A stretch of DNA of 64,000 bases from Minutocellus sp. GHC0000111 (GCA_977018835.1 OZ361256.1:1240001-1304000); one strand, 5' to 3'; positions 1 through 13,537 are shown, numbered from the stretch's first letter. Made by a program: numbers and translations. The notes: generated by a model not told the origin, from the sequence alone.

Positions 1-959
1 GACGTACCGATCACCAAACTGGCCAGCCTTCCATATTGCGTATAGAGGCTTGAAGCTACGTAGCTGTCCTGTTCGTCGTTAAGCTTTGATGGCTCTTTGA
101 ACGTATCTCTATCAGATGCCGGAGACGGTTCTCTCGTCCTTGCTGTCCTTGGTGGCGAGGAAACAATGACACCATGCAGCGTGGCTCGGTGCGATATCTT
201 GGTCATTGTCGCTGCCCAGCGAAGCGCGGCGATCCAAGCGTCGCGAGCTTCTGCAGTAGGAACGTAGCAAAAGTAGTCTCGGGCCACATCTCGTGATTCT
301 TTGACGCCGGTGCCATCCGTGCTTCTACTGGTGATGGTTCTGTCGTCCAATGGCACCGATGCAGATGAATATTTCCGACGGGCCCGGAACATGAAGCCGG
401 CCTTGCCAGTCGGTAGGCCAACGTGAATGTCCTTCATGGACGTTGGATCGATCGCCCTCGCGTGCAGGATGATCAGAATCGATTTAGGCCGGTCACCATA
501 CGAGTTTGTTTGCGTATGATCGATGTTCTGGTCCATCGCCTTGTCCGACTGTGACGACGAAGAGTCGATACTTTTACGATTGGTTGCTGGTTTCTTATCA
601 TCGTCGGGCAATATGTCAGTCCGCGATAGAGTCTGCCACCCATCGAAGATTTCATTGGAAGAAGTGACGTCACCCCCAATTGGATCGGCATTGGTGGTAG
701 CGGCGGCGGCTTCGGTGGCAGTAGTAGCACCGGATTCTGACGCAACCTCTGGGAGCTTTGTTGATGCTTCTGCTTCCGCTGCTGCTGTGTCTGCTGCCGC
801 TTCATTTTTGTCCGTCTCGGCTTCGTAGTAGTGCAACGTTCCATCACCGCTCAGCTCGAGATGACGAGGGCGCCATCTGCGAACGTACCGTCCCCTCACA
901 CGAACGTCCCCGGAGTGCCTCACCGCATCGCCGGAGCGTGACCTTCCGCCGTGCATCAT
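1..959 (-). CDS. PH-domain protein, 3'-partial (runs off the window start; absent from ORF track)
   Basis: Manual translation from ATG 959 gave no stop in the stretches read: MMHGG..HSGDVRVRGRYVRRWRPRHLELSGDGTLHYYE (PH beta1-3), a long acidic insert, then DYFCYVPTAEARDAWIAALRWAA (PH C-terminal helix with conserved W). Confidence 0.7.
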   Translation of the reverse strand, partial: MMHGGRSRSGDAVRHSGDVRVRGRYVRRWRPRHLELSGDGTLHYYEAETDKNEAAADTAAAEAEASTKLPEVASESGATTATEAAAATTNADPIGGDVTSSNEIFDGWQTLSRTDILPDDDKKPATNRKSIDSSSSQSDKAMDQNIDHTQTNSYGDRPKSILIILHARAIDPTSMKDIHVGLPTGKAGFMFRARRKYSSASVPLDDRTITSRSTDGTGVKESRDVARDYFCYVPTAEARDAWIAALRWAATMTKISHRATLHGVIVSSPPRTARTREPSPASDRDTFKEPSKLNDEQDSYVASSLYTQYGRLASLVIGT

Positions 960-1301
960 TGCGAATGAAGTCAAGTTCGGCACGAAGCCTGACGGAAGAA
1001 GATTCCAAGGCACAAGATGTGTTGGTTTTGAAGAAGCGGAAGATACTCCAGTTGGAAATGCTCCAACTAACACTTATTGGCGCTCTGGTACTAGCTAGAC
1101 TGGTATAGCGGCGTGGTTTAGAGCACTGGTATGGGCTTCGCCTTCGTGCTGCCATTATGCCTGTTCGGTGTTCGGCGCAGGCGCCAGCATTTCGTTTTCG
1201 TTTTCGGTTTTCGCGGTGCATGCAAGAAGCTTCATTTTTTCGGGACTGACTTTCGGGACTGATACCACACAATCGCATGCGCATCTCATTTTTTCAACGA
1301 A

Positions 1302-2558
1302 ATGGCAGCCTCCGACGTGGCAGCCTTCTCCTTCCCCGCAGCCTCCGGCGGAGCAGCCGCAGTGGCCAAGGCAGCCGCCGCCGGTCTCGGCCTGGCCGTC
1401 CCCGGTGGCATCGTCCTCGGCGCCCTCTCGGAGCGGTTGGCGTTGCAGTCGGTATCCCCCCTCCTGCCTCTCCCCTCGGCGTCCCAGCCCACCGCCCAAA
1501 AGGCATGGGGAACGGCCGTCCGCGCCGCCACAGGTGCCGTTGCCGTGAGGGGCTTGTATCTGTGGTCGGGAATGAGTGCCGTGGATGCGGCAGTCAGCGC
1601 TGCGGCGCTTGGCGGTGCCAGTGCAAGCAGTAATGCCGGCACTACCACCGTGGCCAAGCTGGGCGCCGAAGCTGTGACGGCCATGCTCACCTTCATTGTC
1701 TGGACGGTGTGTTTGGCCACCGGTGCCAAGATTGGGAGTGTTTTGCAGCCGGTTGGTATCACCGGTGGGATTGCTTGCGGTAAATCGACCGTGTCGGAGC
1801 TGTTGGCGGCCAAGGACAATGATGATAAAGATAAAGGCAAAGGCAGCAAGACACCATTTGCAATCATCGACGTGGACAAGATTGGTCATGACATTCTCAT
1901 CCCAGGCAAACTTATCCCCAGCGAATCAGCCTATTACAATGTCGTCAAGGCATTCGGCACGGACATTCTCTCAGACGACGCACCAACTACAGACATTATA
2001 AAATCCGATGGGGGCGATCAGACCAGCCATCGGATAGAACGTCGAAAGCTGGGCGATGTCATCTTTCGCGATCCTTCCAAGAGGAAGATACTGAACAAGT
2101 TGACCCATCCGCTTATATCCAAAATCATGATCAAGAGGGTGGTGACGTGGAATCTGTTCCGTCGGGCCCATGCTACCCAGAACAAAATGGTGGCAGTGGA
2201 CATACCGCTGCTGTTTGAGGTGGGACTCATGATGAAGATATTGTTTGGACTCAAGGTGGTGGTGGCGTGCAAGCCATCCACACAGCTGAAACGGTTGATG
2301 ACGCGGAATACCGATCTCACCGAAGAGCAATGCCAGAATCGTATTGACAGCCAAATGCCTGTGGCGGACAAGGTGAAGATGGCCGACGTGGTGATTTGGA
2401 ACGATGGTGATATGGACGAATTGAAGGCTGAGGTGGAAAAGGCTAGGGCTGATATCTGCGCCCGGGTTGGAGGATGGGGCATCAGCTTGTCGAAAGCTGT
2501 GCTCGTGTTGGGGGCTAGTGCTATTGCCAAAACTGTGGCGACTGCATCAGGTCTATGA
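1302..2558 (+). CDS. coaE: Dephospho-CoA kinase with hydrophobic N-terminal extension
   Basis: VGITGGIACGKSTV P-loop, IIDVDKIGH, IERRKLGDVIF..LNKLTHPLI, VDIPLLFE, RLMTRN..RIDSQMP are CoaE motifs. Confidence 0.92.
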   Translation: MAASDVAAFSFPAASGGAAAVAKAAAAGLGLAVPGGIVLGALSERLALQSVSPLLPLPSASQPTAQKAWGTAVRAATGAVAVRGLYLWSGMSAVDAAVSAAALGGASASSNAGTTTVAKLGAEAVTAMLTFIVWTVCLATGAKIGSVLQPVGITGGIACGKSTVSELLAAKDNDDKDKGKGSKTPFAIIDVDKIGHDILIPGKLIPSESAYYNVVKAFGTDILSDDAPTTDIIKSDGGDQTSHRIERRKLGDVIFRDPSKRKILNKLTHPLISKIMIKRVVTWNLFRRAHATQNKMVAVDIPLLFEVGLMMKILFGLKVVVACKPSTQLKRLMTRNTDLTEEQCQNRIDSQMPVADKVKMADVVIWNDGDMDELKAEVEKARADICARVGGWGISLSKAVLVLGASAIAKTVATASGL

Positions 2559-2670
2559 AATGCGCAGCTACCGTAGCTAGATATGAAATCTAATGGTGAA
2601 CTATCTTATAAGTTGCTAAATTTCGATTAGGATGCCCATCCGTTGCCTTATTGGCACTGGTGGGGCAAAC

Positions 2671-4215
<1,545 letters not shown>

Positions 4216-4510
4216 TCAATTGTGGTCCTGAAGTCGAAGTCGACATTGATAGCCAGGGTTGACTCATAACCAGTGGCGCCATTTCGATTGACTTGCTCGA
4301 CTCTCTCTGGACCATCAGCGAGAGAGTCGAAAGACTTCCCAACAACAGCCATCGTTCCTCTACCCCATATCGTCGATTGCTATTCTACTTCTCCTCGCTG
4401 CAAGTACAAGGCGTTCGTCTTGATCTATAGTTGCACCGTATCTTTCAAGGCACATCTTTCAGTCAAGCATTACATTTATTTTCATCCCAAAAAAGACAAG
4501 CACAACCATC

Positions 4511-5926
4511 ATGTCCTCCAAAGTTGAAAAGAGCAAGAAGAAGCAGTCCAAGGCCGACTCCGCCGCCATCACCGTGGCCTCGCTCGATGAGACCTACAAG
4601 AAGGTCATGTCGTCTCTCATGTCGTCCATCGAAGAACACGTCTCCTCCGAAGAGTATTCGGCCTCCAAGGACTCTCTCGATTTCCTATCGGCCAAGAATT
4701 CGCTGCTGCTCAGCTATCTGATCGATCTGGTACAGCTGGTCCGTTTGGTTGAGAAGAAGAAGAAGCTGATCCAAAAGAAGGCAAACACCGGTACCAACGA
4801 AAGCGACAGCGATGGCGAGGATGATGATTCAGGCGAGGACGAAGCCGCCGAGATAGCCACCAGTATGAAATCCTGCCTGGCCCGTCTCAACGAGATGAAG
4901 GTGGCGCTGGACAAGATCCGGCCATTGGAGAAGAAGATGCGCTACCAGCTCGATCGGTTGCTGGCGGCTGCGTCCAGTGCCACGAGCTTTGCGGCAGGTG
5001 GAGAAGAGAGCGAAGACGAGGAGAATGGCGGAGAAGATGTCAACCCATCGGCAAATGCCGACCCGCTATCGTTCCGGCCCAATTTGGAGATGATGGGTAG
5101 TGATAATGACGATGATGAGGATGGCCAAGAGGATAGTGATAATGACGATGAGCCTTCCGATGACGACGACAACAGCGACGACGACGACGAAGATCTGCGC
5201 GCTGCCAAGGCCGTAGCACGAGCAGGATCCTCCAAGTCGTCGAAGAAGCGTGGAAGTGTCGGTCGTGATGATTCGGATGACGACGACGGTAGGAAGAATG
5301 CCATCTACCAGCCTCCTCGTCTTGCGGCCGTGCCGTTCGCCGAGCGAGAAAAGGCGGAAGAAAAGGCCGAGCGAGCTCTGGCTCGGCAGCGTCGTCGTAT
5401 GCGCCAGTCCGAGCTTTTGCAAACTCTTCGTGCTGCCAACGGCACTGACCGTCCGGAGGAGGAGGATCTGGACGGTGGCGCCGCTCTGGGTAAGCAGAAG
5501 GAGGCCGCCAGGCGTATGGCCGAGCGGGAGGCGGAGAAGACCAAGTTCGAGGAGGAGATGATGGTCCGTCTGACGCAGAGTCGCAAAGAAAAGAAGGCCC
5601 GTGGCCGCATGATGCGTGAAGAGCAGAGCAACCTTGGCGCCATTGCCGATTTGGGACGGTTGGCGGCTGGTGTTGCCGACGCCTTTGGCGGAAGCGACGA
5701 TGGTGGTGACAGCGATGGTGGAGGAGGAGGACTTGCTGGTATGGTAGGTGGTGGTAGCTCTGGCCGATATGAAAATGGCAAGCGAAGGCGCGGCGTTGAC
5801 GATTATGCTGAAATCCATGGAGAACGTAGGCGACGAAAGACTGGTATGAAGGGCAGCAACGCTCATCAGCGCGCTTTGTATGGGACGGAAAACAAGAAGA
5901 AGAAAAGCAAGAAGTCGAAGCGTTAA
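4511..5926 (+). CDS. NGDN: Neuroguidin/Lcp5 (Sas10/Utp3/C1D family) SSU processome protein
   Basis: LDFLSAKNSLLLSYL, LDKIRPLEKKMRYQLDRLL, DPLSFRPN, IYQPPRLAAVPF, KFEEEMMVRL; acidic tracts and basic C-terminal tail. Confidence 0.85.
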   Translation: MSSKVEKSKKKQSKADSAAITVASLDETYKKVMSSLMSSIEEHVSSEEYSASKDSLDFLSAKNSLLLSYLIDLVQLVRLVEKKKKLIQKKANTGTNESDSDGEDDDSGEDEAAEIATSMKSCLARLNEMKVALDKIRPLEKKMRYQLDRLLAAASSATSFAAGGEESEDEENGGEDVNPSANADPLSFRPNLEMMGSDNDDDEDGQEDSDNDDEPSDDDDNSDDDDEDLRAAKAVARAGSSKSSKKRGSVGRDDSDDDDGRKNAIYQPPRLAAVPFAEREKAEEKAERALARQRRRMRQSELLQTLRAANGTDRPEEEDLDGGAALGKQKEAARRMAEREAEKTKFEEEMMVRLTQSRKEKKARGRMMREEQSNLGAIADLGRLAAGVADAFGGSDDGGDSDGGGGGLAGMVGGGSSGRYENGKRRRGVDDYAEIHGERRRRKTGMKGSNAHQRALYGTENKKKKSKKSKR

Positions 5927-6084
5927 CTTTGAAAGTCACTTATTGTTCAAAGAAGGATTCTCTATTTCCCACGTAGCGTTTTAATATGTTTCTTCTGATA
6001 TAGAACGGAAGCACATCTGTTTTGTTTTGGCTGGTCCTCCAATTTTCGAGCTTCGTGACAAGCCGGGCGGTTGCCTTTAATAGC

Positions 6085-7380
6085 CTAAACCAGCTGAGGC
6101 GACGGAGTGGCTTGCGGCAGTTGCAACTCATTATCCTTTTGAGGCGTAGGGAACGACGCCTCGTCCTGCCTGGCTTGATCGGCAGGAACAACACTTCCGT
6201 CGCCTATTTGGGCAGTGCCCCCTCCAAGCATCTTCTCATTTACCGTATCACCGCATTCTTTCGACAAACCTTTCAGCTTGGATACTTTTTCGGCACCACG
6301 ATAGCAAACCTTATCGCGTGTTCTCTCCGCAAGTCTTTCGAGCCCAGCTATTTCGATCTTTTTTATTTCATTTTCACGTATAAGCATTGCGATCCGATCT
6401 TTTTGGTCATCGCATGTGCCTTCCATCTCTTTAACCTTTGTCTTCAATCTTTCCACTGTCCTCGACTTGTCGATAACTCTAGTCTGCAAATCTTTGATTT
6501 CGTCCATTTGTTTCTCAAATTTTTTCTCTGATTTCAACGATTGATCCACATATCTTTTTTCACGGTCGTCAAGTCGTTGCAATTTGAGCCTGTACGAAGA
6601 GTCGGCATGTTGTAAATGCGCCGCGACATGAGCCTTCTCCTTTTCGTACAATCTTCTTTCATTCGCGCGATTCTTCTTTGTCTCTTCAAGTTCCTCTTCC
6701 AGGTCAAGAATTTCATCTGCCTGAAAGTTATACTTCCATTTGAGCCTTTTAACTTCAGCCTGCTTTTCTTCAACTTTCTTGTTTGCAGATGTAAGTTCAG
6801 CTCTCAGCTCAGCGATCCCCTTGTCCTTCAAGCCGACCTGACGTTCCGGCGACTCGATGGCTTCAAGTTGTTCTTCCAGGTCAAGGATTTTATCGGTCTG
6901 AAATTTATACTTTACATTGAGCTCATTCATTTCGATCTGTTGCGTTATTGCATAAGTGAGGACTTGCTGATGCTGCCGCTGCTGTGATAGATTCGTCCAG
7001 ATGAGATTCTTCGCTTCGTTCTGGTGCCTTTCAACCTTCTCATTTGATGACAAGAGCGCAGCTCTCAGCTCAGCAATTTCCTTGTCCTTCAAGTCATCCT
7101 GACTATCCGGCGATTTGATGCCTTCCTCTTTTCTGAGCCGTTTCTCCGAATCTCCATCTTCAGATGCAGATATCGAGGTGCGCTTCGAGGTCCCAAAGGC
7201 AAACATGGGACGCACGGCATCAATATCGACTGTTTCCTTTCTACCGCTGTGAGCCCAGAGAACCGAGACTTCAGTAGCTGTTGCCACGACTACAGTTCCA
7301 GCGTGTTCTCTTGAATCGGAAGGAGAAATCGCCCAGATATCCTGGCCCGTCTCAAAAAGAGGTATCGAGCTGGCACTCAT
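6085..7380 (-). CDS. Coiled-coil protein with N-terminal Tudor/SH3-like barrel and internal duplication
   Basis: Long ORF (ATG 7380). FETGQDIWAISPSDSREHAGTVV..VSVLW..GRKETVDIDAVRP resembles a Tudor-like fold; repeated LKDK.IAELRA...KY.FQ.D.ILDLEE.LE. Confidence 0.6.
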   Translation of the reverse strand: MSASSIPLFETGQDIWAISPSDSREHAGTVVVATATEVSVLWAHSGRKETVDIDAVRPMFAFGTSKRTSISASEDGDSEKRLRKEEGIKSPDSQDDLKDKEIAELRAALLSSNEKVERHQNEAKNLIWTNLSQQRQHQQVLTYAITQQIEMNELNVKYKFQTDKILDLEEQLEAIESPERQVGLKDKGIAELRAELTSANKKVEEKQAEVKRLKWKYNFQADEILDLEEELEETKKNRANERRLYEKEKAHVAAHLQHADSSYRLKLQRLDDREKRYVDQSLKSEKKFEKQMDEIKDLQTRVIDKSRTVERLKTKVKEMEGTCDDQKDRIAMLIRENEIKKIEIAGLERLAERTRDKVCYRGAEKVSKLKGLSKECGDTVNEKMLGGGTAQIGDGSVVPADQARQDEASFPTPQKDNELQLPQATPSPQLV

Positions 7381-7719
7381 TTTATTCAGTGGGTGGTTTC
7401 TTTTCAATTGCCTGCTCTCGGCCAATACGAATGCAATAGCGAAAACGTCCCATATTATGGCTCGAGCCCGATGGCGCGTGAAGCGTCTCTACTCCTCTAA
7501 ATTGCATCTTTGAGGGTTCTGCGGATGAAAAATCTGTTTGGGAGTGTCTTCGCTTCTACATGCGCCCGAGTCTGCCGACCGGCTCTACAGCGACTAAGTT
7601 CTCTTCTATAAAATTATATAAGCTGTTTAGCGTCTACACACAGAGCCTCAAGTGGTTCGTTCATCGACGCCTTCCTTCATCGCCACCAACTCATTTTTTC
7701 TTTGCATTTATTTTCTCAG

Positions 7720-8559
7720 TTATACCTCGACACCCATAATTCTGGCAATCTGGGGCATGTCCTTGTCACCGCGTCCACTCATGTTGATGACAAGGTCCTT
7801 TCCTGGTCCGAGCTCCTTGGCCAATTGGATAGCATAGTAAATGGCGTGACTTGTCTCGAGGGCCGGGATGATACCCTCGTACTCGCACATCATCTTGAAG
7901 CCCTCAAGGGCCTGGCCGTCGGTAACGGCAGTGTACTTGGCGCGGCCAATGTCCTTCAAATATGCGTGCTCGGGGCCAACGCCAGGATAATCGAGACCAG
8001 CACTGATGGAGTGAGTGTTGAGAGTTTGTCCGCTCTTCTCCTGGATAATGTAGGTCATGGCACCCTGCAATACACCCTTGGTTCCCTTGCTGAGGGTAGC
8101 GCAGTGCTCCTCGTCGACCTCAAGTCCATGTCCAGCAGCCTCGACACCGTACAGCTCAACTCCCTCATCCTCCACGAAGGGGTGGAAGGCACCGATGGCG
8201 TTCGATCCGCCACCGACGCAGGCCACGACGGCATCGGGGAGCTTCCCGGCCTTCTCCAGCATCTGCGCTCGCATCTCTGATCCCATGACGCTCTGGAAGT
8301 CCCGAACGATGATGGGGAAGGGGTGCGGTCCGACGGCCGAACCGATGAGGTAGTGCGTATCCCGGACGTTGGTGACCCAATCCCGCATGGCCTCGTTGAT
8401 GGCGTCCTTGAGGGTGCGCTGCCCCTCCTGGACGGGCACGACCTTGGCGCCGAGGGTGTTCATGCGGAAGACGTTGAGCTTCTGCCGCTCGCAGTCGACG
8501 GCGCCCATGTACACGGTGCAGTCCAGGCCGAGCATGGCGCAGACGGTGGCGGTGGCGAC

Positions 8560-8595
<36 letters not shown>

Positions 8596-10169
8596 GGGCT
8601 TGCCGATGCGCTTGGCGAGGAGGGCCTGGCCGATGGCGTTGTTGATCTTGTGGGCGCCGGTGTGGGCCAGGTCCTCGCGCTTGAGCCAGATGGTGGCGCC
8701 GCCGGCGAACTCGGTGAGGCGCTCGGCCTTGTGGAGGGGGGTGGGACCGCCGACGAAGTCGCGGCGGTAGCGGTCGATCTCGGCGAGGAAGTCGGGATCT
8801 TCCTTGACCTTCTCGTACTCCTGCTCGATCTCCACGAAGGCCTCGGACAGGGTTTCGGCGATGAACTGCCCGCCGAACTCTCCGAAGCGCTTCTCGGCAT
8901 TGCGGGCGCGGATCTTCTCGTCGTCTCCCTCGGGGTTCTGTCCGAGGGCGGTGGCCTGGAAAATGGCCCCCTCCTTCTGCGGACAGCCGGTGGTCAGGTG
9001 CTCGACGATCTGCTTGACGGCGGCGGCACGCTGCTCGGTGGTGGCATCCTCCCCGAGGGCATCGATGGCCTTGAGGATGGCCGAGCCGACGACGACGCCG
9101 TCGGCCATGTTGGCCACACCCTGGACCATGTCGGGGTTGGAGATACCGAAACCAACAGCCAGGGGCAGGTCGGTCTTGGAACGGACACGGCCGACGAACT
9201 CCTCCAGATCCGGAGGCAGAGTCGATCGGGCACCGGTAACGCCCGTGACGGAGACGCAGTAGATGAAGGTACTGGCCGATTCGGTCAGGTACTGGATGCG
9301 AGCATCGGAGGTGGTGGGAGCGATGAGGGGGACATTGGAAAGACCGTGCTTGCGGCAGGCGGCGGCCAGCTCGGTGCCCTCCTCGGGGGGGAGATCGACG
9401 ACGATGAATCCATCGGCGCCGTTCTCCTTGGTCTGCGCGCAGAGATTTTCCAATCCGTGCTGGAAGAAGGGGTTGTAGTAGCCCATGAGGACGACGGGGA
9501 TGGTCAGGCCCATATCGCGGGCCTTCTTCACCATGGCGAGGCAGGCGGGAATCTCGGACGTTCCCCCCTTGATGGCAATCTGGTTGGTGTGCTGGATGGT
9601 GGCTCCGTCGGCCTGCGGGTCGGTGTACGGGATGCCCAGCTCGATGACGGACGCTCCTCCCTCCTGCAGGGCCATGAGGATGGCAGGGGTGTCTGTTGTT
9701 GTTTGAGGTAGATATCGCCGCAATAATCAATACCGCACAGGATGACATATTTCATGTGTTGCATGTGGAGAGAGAGAGAGAGAGAGGTATAGAATTGATA
9801 TGTGAGAGATTGAAATAATACATCATATCTATTTGGCGAAGTGCCCTCATCAGAAGAAAGCATGTTCTGTAGTAGCAGCCATCGCCAGCTCATGATGTGC
9901 CCGAATCGCCAACGAAAGGGGAAAAGCCCAAAGCAATGATTGCCATTGACAGAACACTTGCGCTTGCACACGTGCCTCATTTCGTTTCCCAATTTCTCCA
10001 TCGTCCATCAGCCATCATCCATCCCAAGAACGCACGCACCTTCCGAACGGGGATAACCGGCGGTGACGAAGGTGACGAAGGCGGCCCTCCCGGCCTCCTT
10101 GGCGGCGGCGAACGATTCCTCGATCCGTCCGCCCATTCCCCGTCTCATGGCGGCAACGTCTGGGCTCAT
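7720..10169 (-). CDS. TRP5: Fused tryptophan synthase alpha-beta; exons 10169-10040 and 9692-7720, intron 9693-10039
   Basis: Splicing gives [16 protein letters not shown]. Alpha motifs [24 protein letters not shown]; beta motifs [44 protein letters not shown]. Confidence 0.97.
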
Positions 10170-10530
10170 GGTTGCAATTGTATTATTGTATTTGGGGTGA
10201 TACTCGAGACGACACAAAGAGGTGTGGGTCTTCGGAGGGAGTCAGAGCAGATGATGGTACCGTCCTTCGTGCCGGCCGCCGTCGTTCGTCACACACCGTC
10301 AGAAATTCAACTTTGGGCGGACGAAGGGACTTTCGTTTCCTCATTTTGACTATTTGAGGCTAAATGTGTAGAGTTTAGGAGTGTCATTGTCCGTCCGTCA
10401 TCAGAAACCGAACCGCTCCGAACCGCACAAGACGAAAGATTTCCATCGGCATAAATCCTCGGCTCATTTCTTCCACTTGGCAGCAAGTTGCCACAACCCT
10501 TCCTCCAGTACCACATATTCTTGGACCACC

Positions 10531-12276
10531 ATGCTGCAAGCATCTCTCCGCGCTGCCTCTGGCTCGTCCTCCGCCTCCCGCGCCGGCGCCATGCAACAAA
10601 TCCGGCACATGAGCGGCAAGGAGATCAAGTTCGGCGTCGAGGGCCGAGCGGCAATGCTCAAGGGAGTCGACCTCCTCGCCGACGCCGTTCAGGTCACCCT
10701 CGGTCCCAAGGGCCGCAATGCCATCATCGCCCAGCCCTACGGCGCGCCCAAGATCACCAAGGATGGCGTCACGGTCGCCAAGAGCATCGACTTCGAGGAC
10801 AAGTTCGAGGACATGGGAGCCCAGCTCGTCAAGTCGGTGGCCAGCAAAACCAACGACATTGCCGGCGACGGTACGACGACTGCCACGGTTCTGGCCAGAG
10901 CCATTTACTCCGAGGGCTGCAAGGCCGTCGCGGCTGGTATGAACCCTCTCGATTTGCGACGGGGCATTCAGCTTGCCGTCAAATCCGTCGTCGATACTTT
11001 GACCGAGATTAGCCGTCCCATCACCTCCAAGGAGGAGATTACGCAGGTCGGTACCATCTCAGCCAACTCGGACGTTGAAATTGGTACGCTGATTTCCGAC
11101 GCCATGGAGCGCGTTGGTAAGGAGGGTGTCATTACTGTTCAGGATGGCAAGACTCTGGAGAACGAGCTCGAGGTCGTCGAGGGCATGACGTTTGATCGCG
11201 GTTACATCAGCCCCTACTTTATCACCGATGCCAAGACGCAGGTTTGTGAGATGGAGAATCCGCTCATTCTGCTGGTCGAGAAGAAGGTTAGCAGTCTTCA
11301 GCAGTTGGTTCCCCTGTTGGAATCGGTCGTCAAATCCCAACAGTCGCTGCTCATTGTTGCCGAGGATGTCGAGTCGGAGGCCTTGGCCACTCTCGTCGTC
11401 AACAAGCTTCGTGCCGGCATCAAGGTCTGTGCCGTCAAGGCACCTGGCTTCGGTGACAACCGCAAGGCCACCATGCAGGATTTGGCCATCCTTACCGGTG
11501 GTACCGTCATTTCCGAGGAGGTTGGCATGAAACTCGAGGAAGTCCAGCCGGGACATCTTGGTACCGCCAAGAAAGTCAAGATTACCAAGAACGATACCAT
11601 TGTCCTCGATGGTGCCGGTGAGAAGGCGACCATTGATGAGCGATGCGAACTGATCCGTACGTCGGTTGAGGCTACCAATTCAGAATATGAGCGTGAGAAG
11701 CTTCAGGAGCGATTGGCAAAGCTTTCCGGTGGTGTTGCCGTCATCAAGGTCGGTGGTGCCTCCGAGGTTGAGGTTAGCGAGAAGAAGGATCGTGTTGTCG
11801 ATGCTCTCAATGCTACCCGTGCTGCTGTTGAGGAGGGCATTGTCCCTGGCGGTGGCAAGGCTCTGCTGTACTGCTCGACCAAGCTCACCGAGCTTGCCGA
11901 GAAGGAGGCCAAGAACATGGATCAGCGCATTGGCGTGGAAATCATCCAGCGTGCCCTCCGTGCTCCTCTTTCCACTCTCGTTCCCAGCGCCGGTGAGGAG
12001 GGAGCCGTGGTTTGCGGTGAGCTCATGAAGCCCGAGGTTGCCGTTGAGACCGGCTTCAATGCTCAGGATGGTGTCTACTGCAACATGTTTGAGGCTGGTA
12101 TCATTGACCCCACTAAGGTCACTCGTACCGGTATCATCGATGCCTCCTCGGTGGCTGGACTTCTCACCACTTCCGAGGCCATGATTGTTGACAAGCCCGA
12201 CGAGGGTGGTGCTGGCGGCGGCGGCATGCCCGGTGGAGGCATGGGCGGCATGCCCGGAATGGGTGGTATGATGTAA
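10531..12276 (+). CDS. HSP60: Mitochondrial chaperonin 60 with presequence
   Basis: Arg/Ser/Ala-rich presequence, [44 protein letters not shown]-repeat tail. Confidence 0.98.
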   Translation: MLQASLRAASGSSSASRAGAMQQIRHMSGKEIKFGVEGRAAMLKGVDLLADAVQVTLGPKGRNAIIAQPYGAPKITKDGVTVAKSIDFEDKFEDMGAQLVKSVASKTNDIAGDGTTTATVLARAIYSEGCKAVAAGMNPLDLRRGIQLAVKSVVDTLTEISRPITSKEEITQVGTISANSDVEIGTLISDAMERVGKEGVITVQDGKTLENELEVVEGMTFDRGYISPYFITDAKTQVCEMENPLILLVEKKVSSLQQLVPLLESVVKSQQSLLIVAEDVESEALATLVVNKLRAGIKVCAVKAPGFGDNRKATMQDLAILTGGTVISEEVGMKLEEVQPGHLGTAKKVKITKNDTIVLDGAGEKATIDERCELIRTSVEATNSEYEREKLQERLAKLSGGVAVIKVGGASEVEVSEKKDRVVDALNATRAAVEEGIVPGGGKALLYCSTKLTELAEKEAKNMDQRIGVEIIQRALRAPLSTLVPSAGEEGAVVCGELMKPEVAVETGFNAQDGVYCNMFEAGIIDPTKVTRTGIIDASSVAGLLTTSEAMIVDKPDEGGAGGGGMPGGGMGGMPGMGGMM

Positions 12277-12709
12277 GCGTTTGCAATTGTCATAAAAGTA
12301 AGAAGCAACAACGCAATGAAAGTCTTACTTACCGTAGCTTGCTGTTGGTGGGAGGTGGTGAGTGTTTACCTAGGTACCTAGGTACGGTCCGGACTGTCAC
12401 TCACTTACTTGACGAACCTACCATCAACCCTTATTCTGGTCCGTCTCAAACAAGCGTTTGCGTTGGACGGCTGGACGCCGTGGGACAGCCAGCGCACAGT
12501 TGTTTGAAAGTTGAAGGCAAGTTGAGAAAGAGGGCCAGAAAGAGAACTTATGGTGCCATAAAAACGATTCATCAATCAATCGATCGAAGCAGTGGCTCTT
12601 TTCAGCAAACAACAACACTGGGAAAGCCAGAGAACGGTCGCGTTGTCGACCGCCACGCATCGCATATTATTGTATTTTGTCCCTTTTCCGGTACCGTCGC
12701 ACAAAAGGA

Positions 12710-13537
12710 ATGGGAAGCTCTCGAAGACGACGCGATGCGCTAATTATGGCCGCCGCCGCGGTTCTTCCCGGCGGCCAGTTTGTTTCCGCGCAAGAGGAGC
12801 AGTGCCGATTCTGCCAGGATGGAAATACGGAGCTGGAGGACCCAAATAGGCTCGTCTTCGGACGAACATGTGACCGATGGCAAAAGGTCGCCCTCGGCAC
12901 CACCGATGGACGCCTAACGCCTTGCGGAGAATTCGAGTACGTGGGTTATTTGTGTGGGTGCGACAATTTTCCGCCCGAAGATGGCTGCAAACTCTGTCCG
13001 TCCGGCAGTACGAAACTCAAGTACCCGGACCGACCAGCGCCAGAGGTCACACTGTCGGGCATCCCAGGTGTTGCCACCAATTGCGAGGAAATGAGGCTGC
13101 TGGTCCAGTACTCTTACGAGCAGAATGGGCTCATCTGCCCTGTTCAGCAGAGCGTGATTGCATCGTATTGTGGATGTGAAGATGCGTATCCAATGGTTTG
13201 TCCTTTGTGCAGGGAGCGGATGGCAATACAGATTGGTGCCGATGCTCCGCCGTTTGAGGTGGAGACCAAAGCTGGCTATTCGCTTCCGTTCACCGACTTT
13301 ACGTGCTTGGACTCCGAATATCTTGCCAACGCGGGTTATCTTGTGGACCAGGTGGGGTGTGACATGGTCCGAGCGCAGGTTGCGGACAAATGTTGTGTGA
13401 GTGCAGATAAAGTTGAGGGATCGTCCGGAGCATCCTCGTCGAGTGCGAGTGCGGGTGCAAGACATTTTTCAGTCAGATCAAAATTATTGACAATCGGAAG
13501 TGCACTTTTGCTCTCCTGCATTATAAATGTGAGATAG
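12710..13537 (+). CDS. Cys-rich secreted, probably GPI-anchored surface protein
   Basis: Signal-like N-terminus (VSA-QEEQ), three CxxC...TC...C...CGC/CC modules, Ser-rich spacer and hydrophobic C-terminus. Confidence 0.7.
   Translation: MGSSRRRRDALIMAAAAVLPGGQFVSAQEEQCRFCQDGNTELEDPNRLVFGRTCDRWQKVALGTTDGRLTPCGEFEYVGYLCGCDNFPPEDGCKLCPSGSTKLKYPDRPAPEVTLSGIPGVATNCEEMRLLVQYSYEQNGLICPVQQSVIASYCGCEDAYPMVCPLCRERMAIQIGADAPPFEVETKAGYSLPFTDFTCLDSEYLANAGYLVDQVGCDMVRAQVADKCCVSADKVEGSSGASSSSASAGARHFSVRSKLLTIGSALLLSCIINVR

Noticed and set aside
8165..9748. Long alternative-frame and antisense ORFs over tryptophan synthase (also over lpdA, HSP60, NGDN)
   Set aside because: Shadow ORFs caused by high GC3 codon bias; no recognisable domains.
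11965..12000. HSP60 LVPSAG in place of the usual xxNAG
   Set aside because: Point substitutions with the frame intact; cannot be judged without orthologues.
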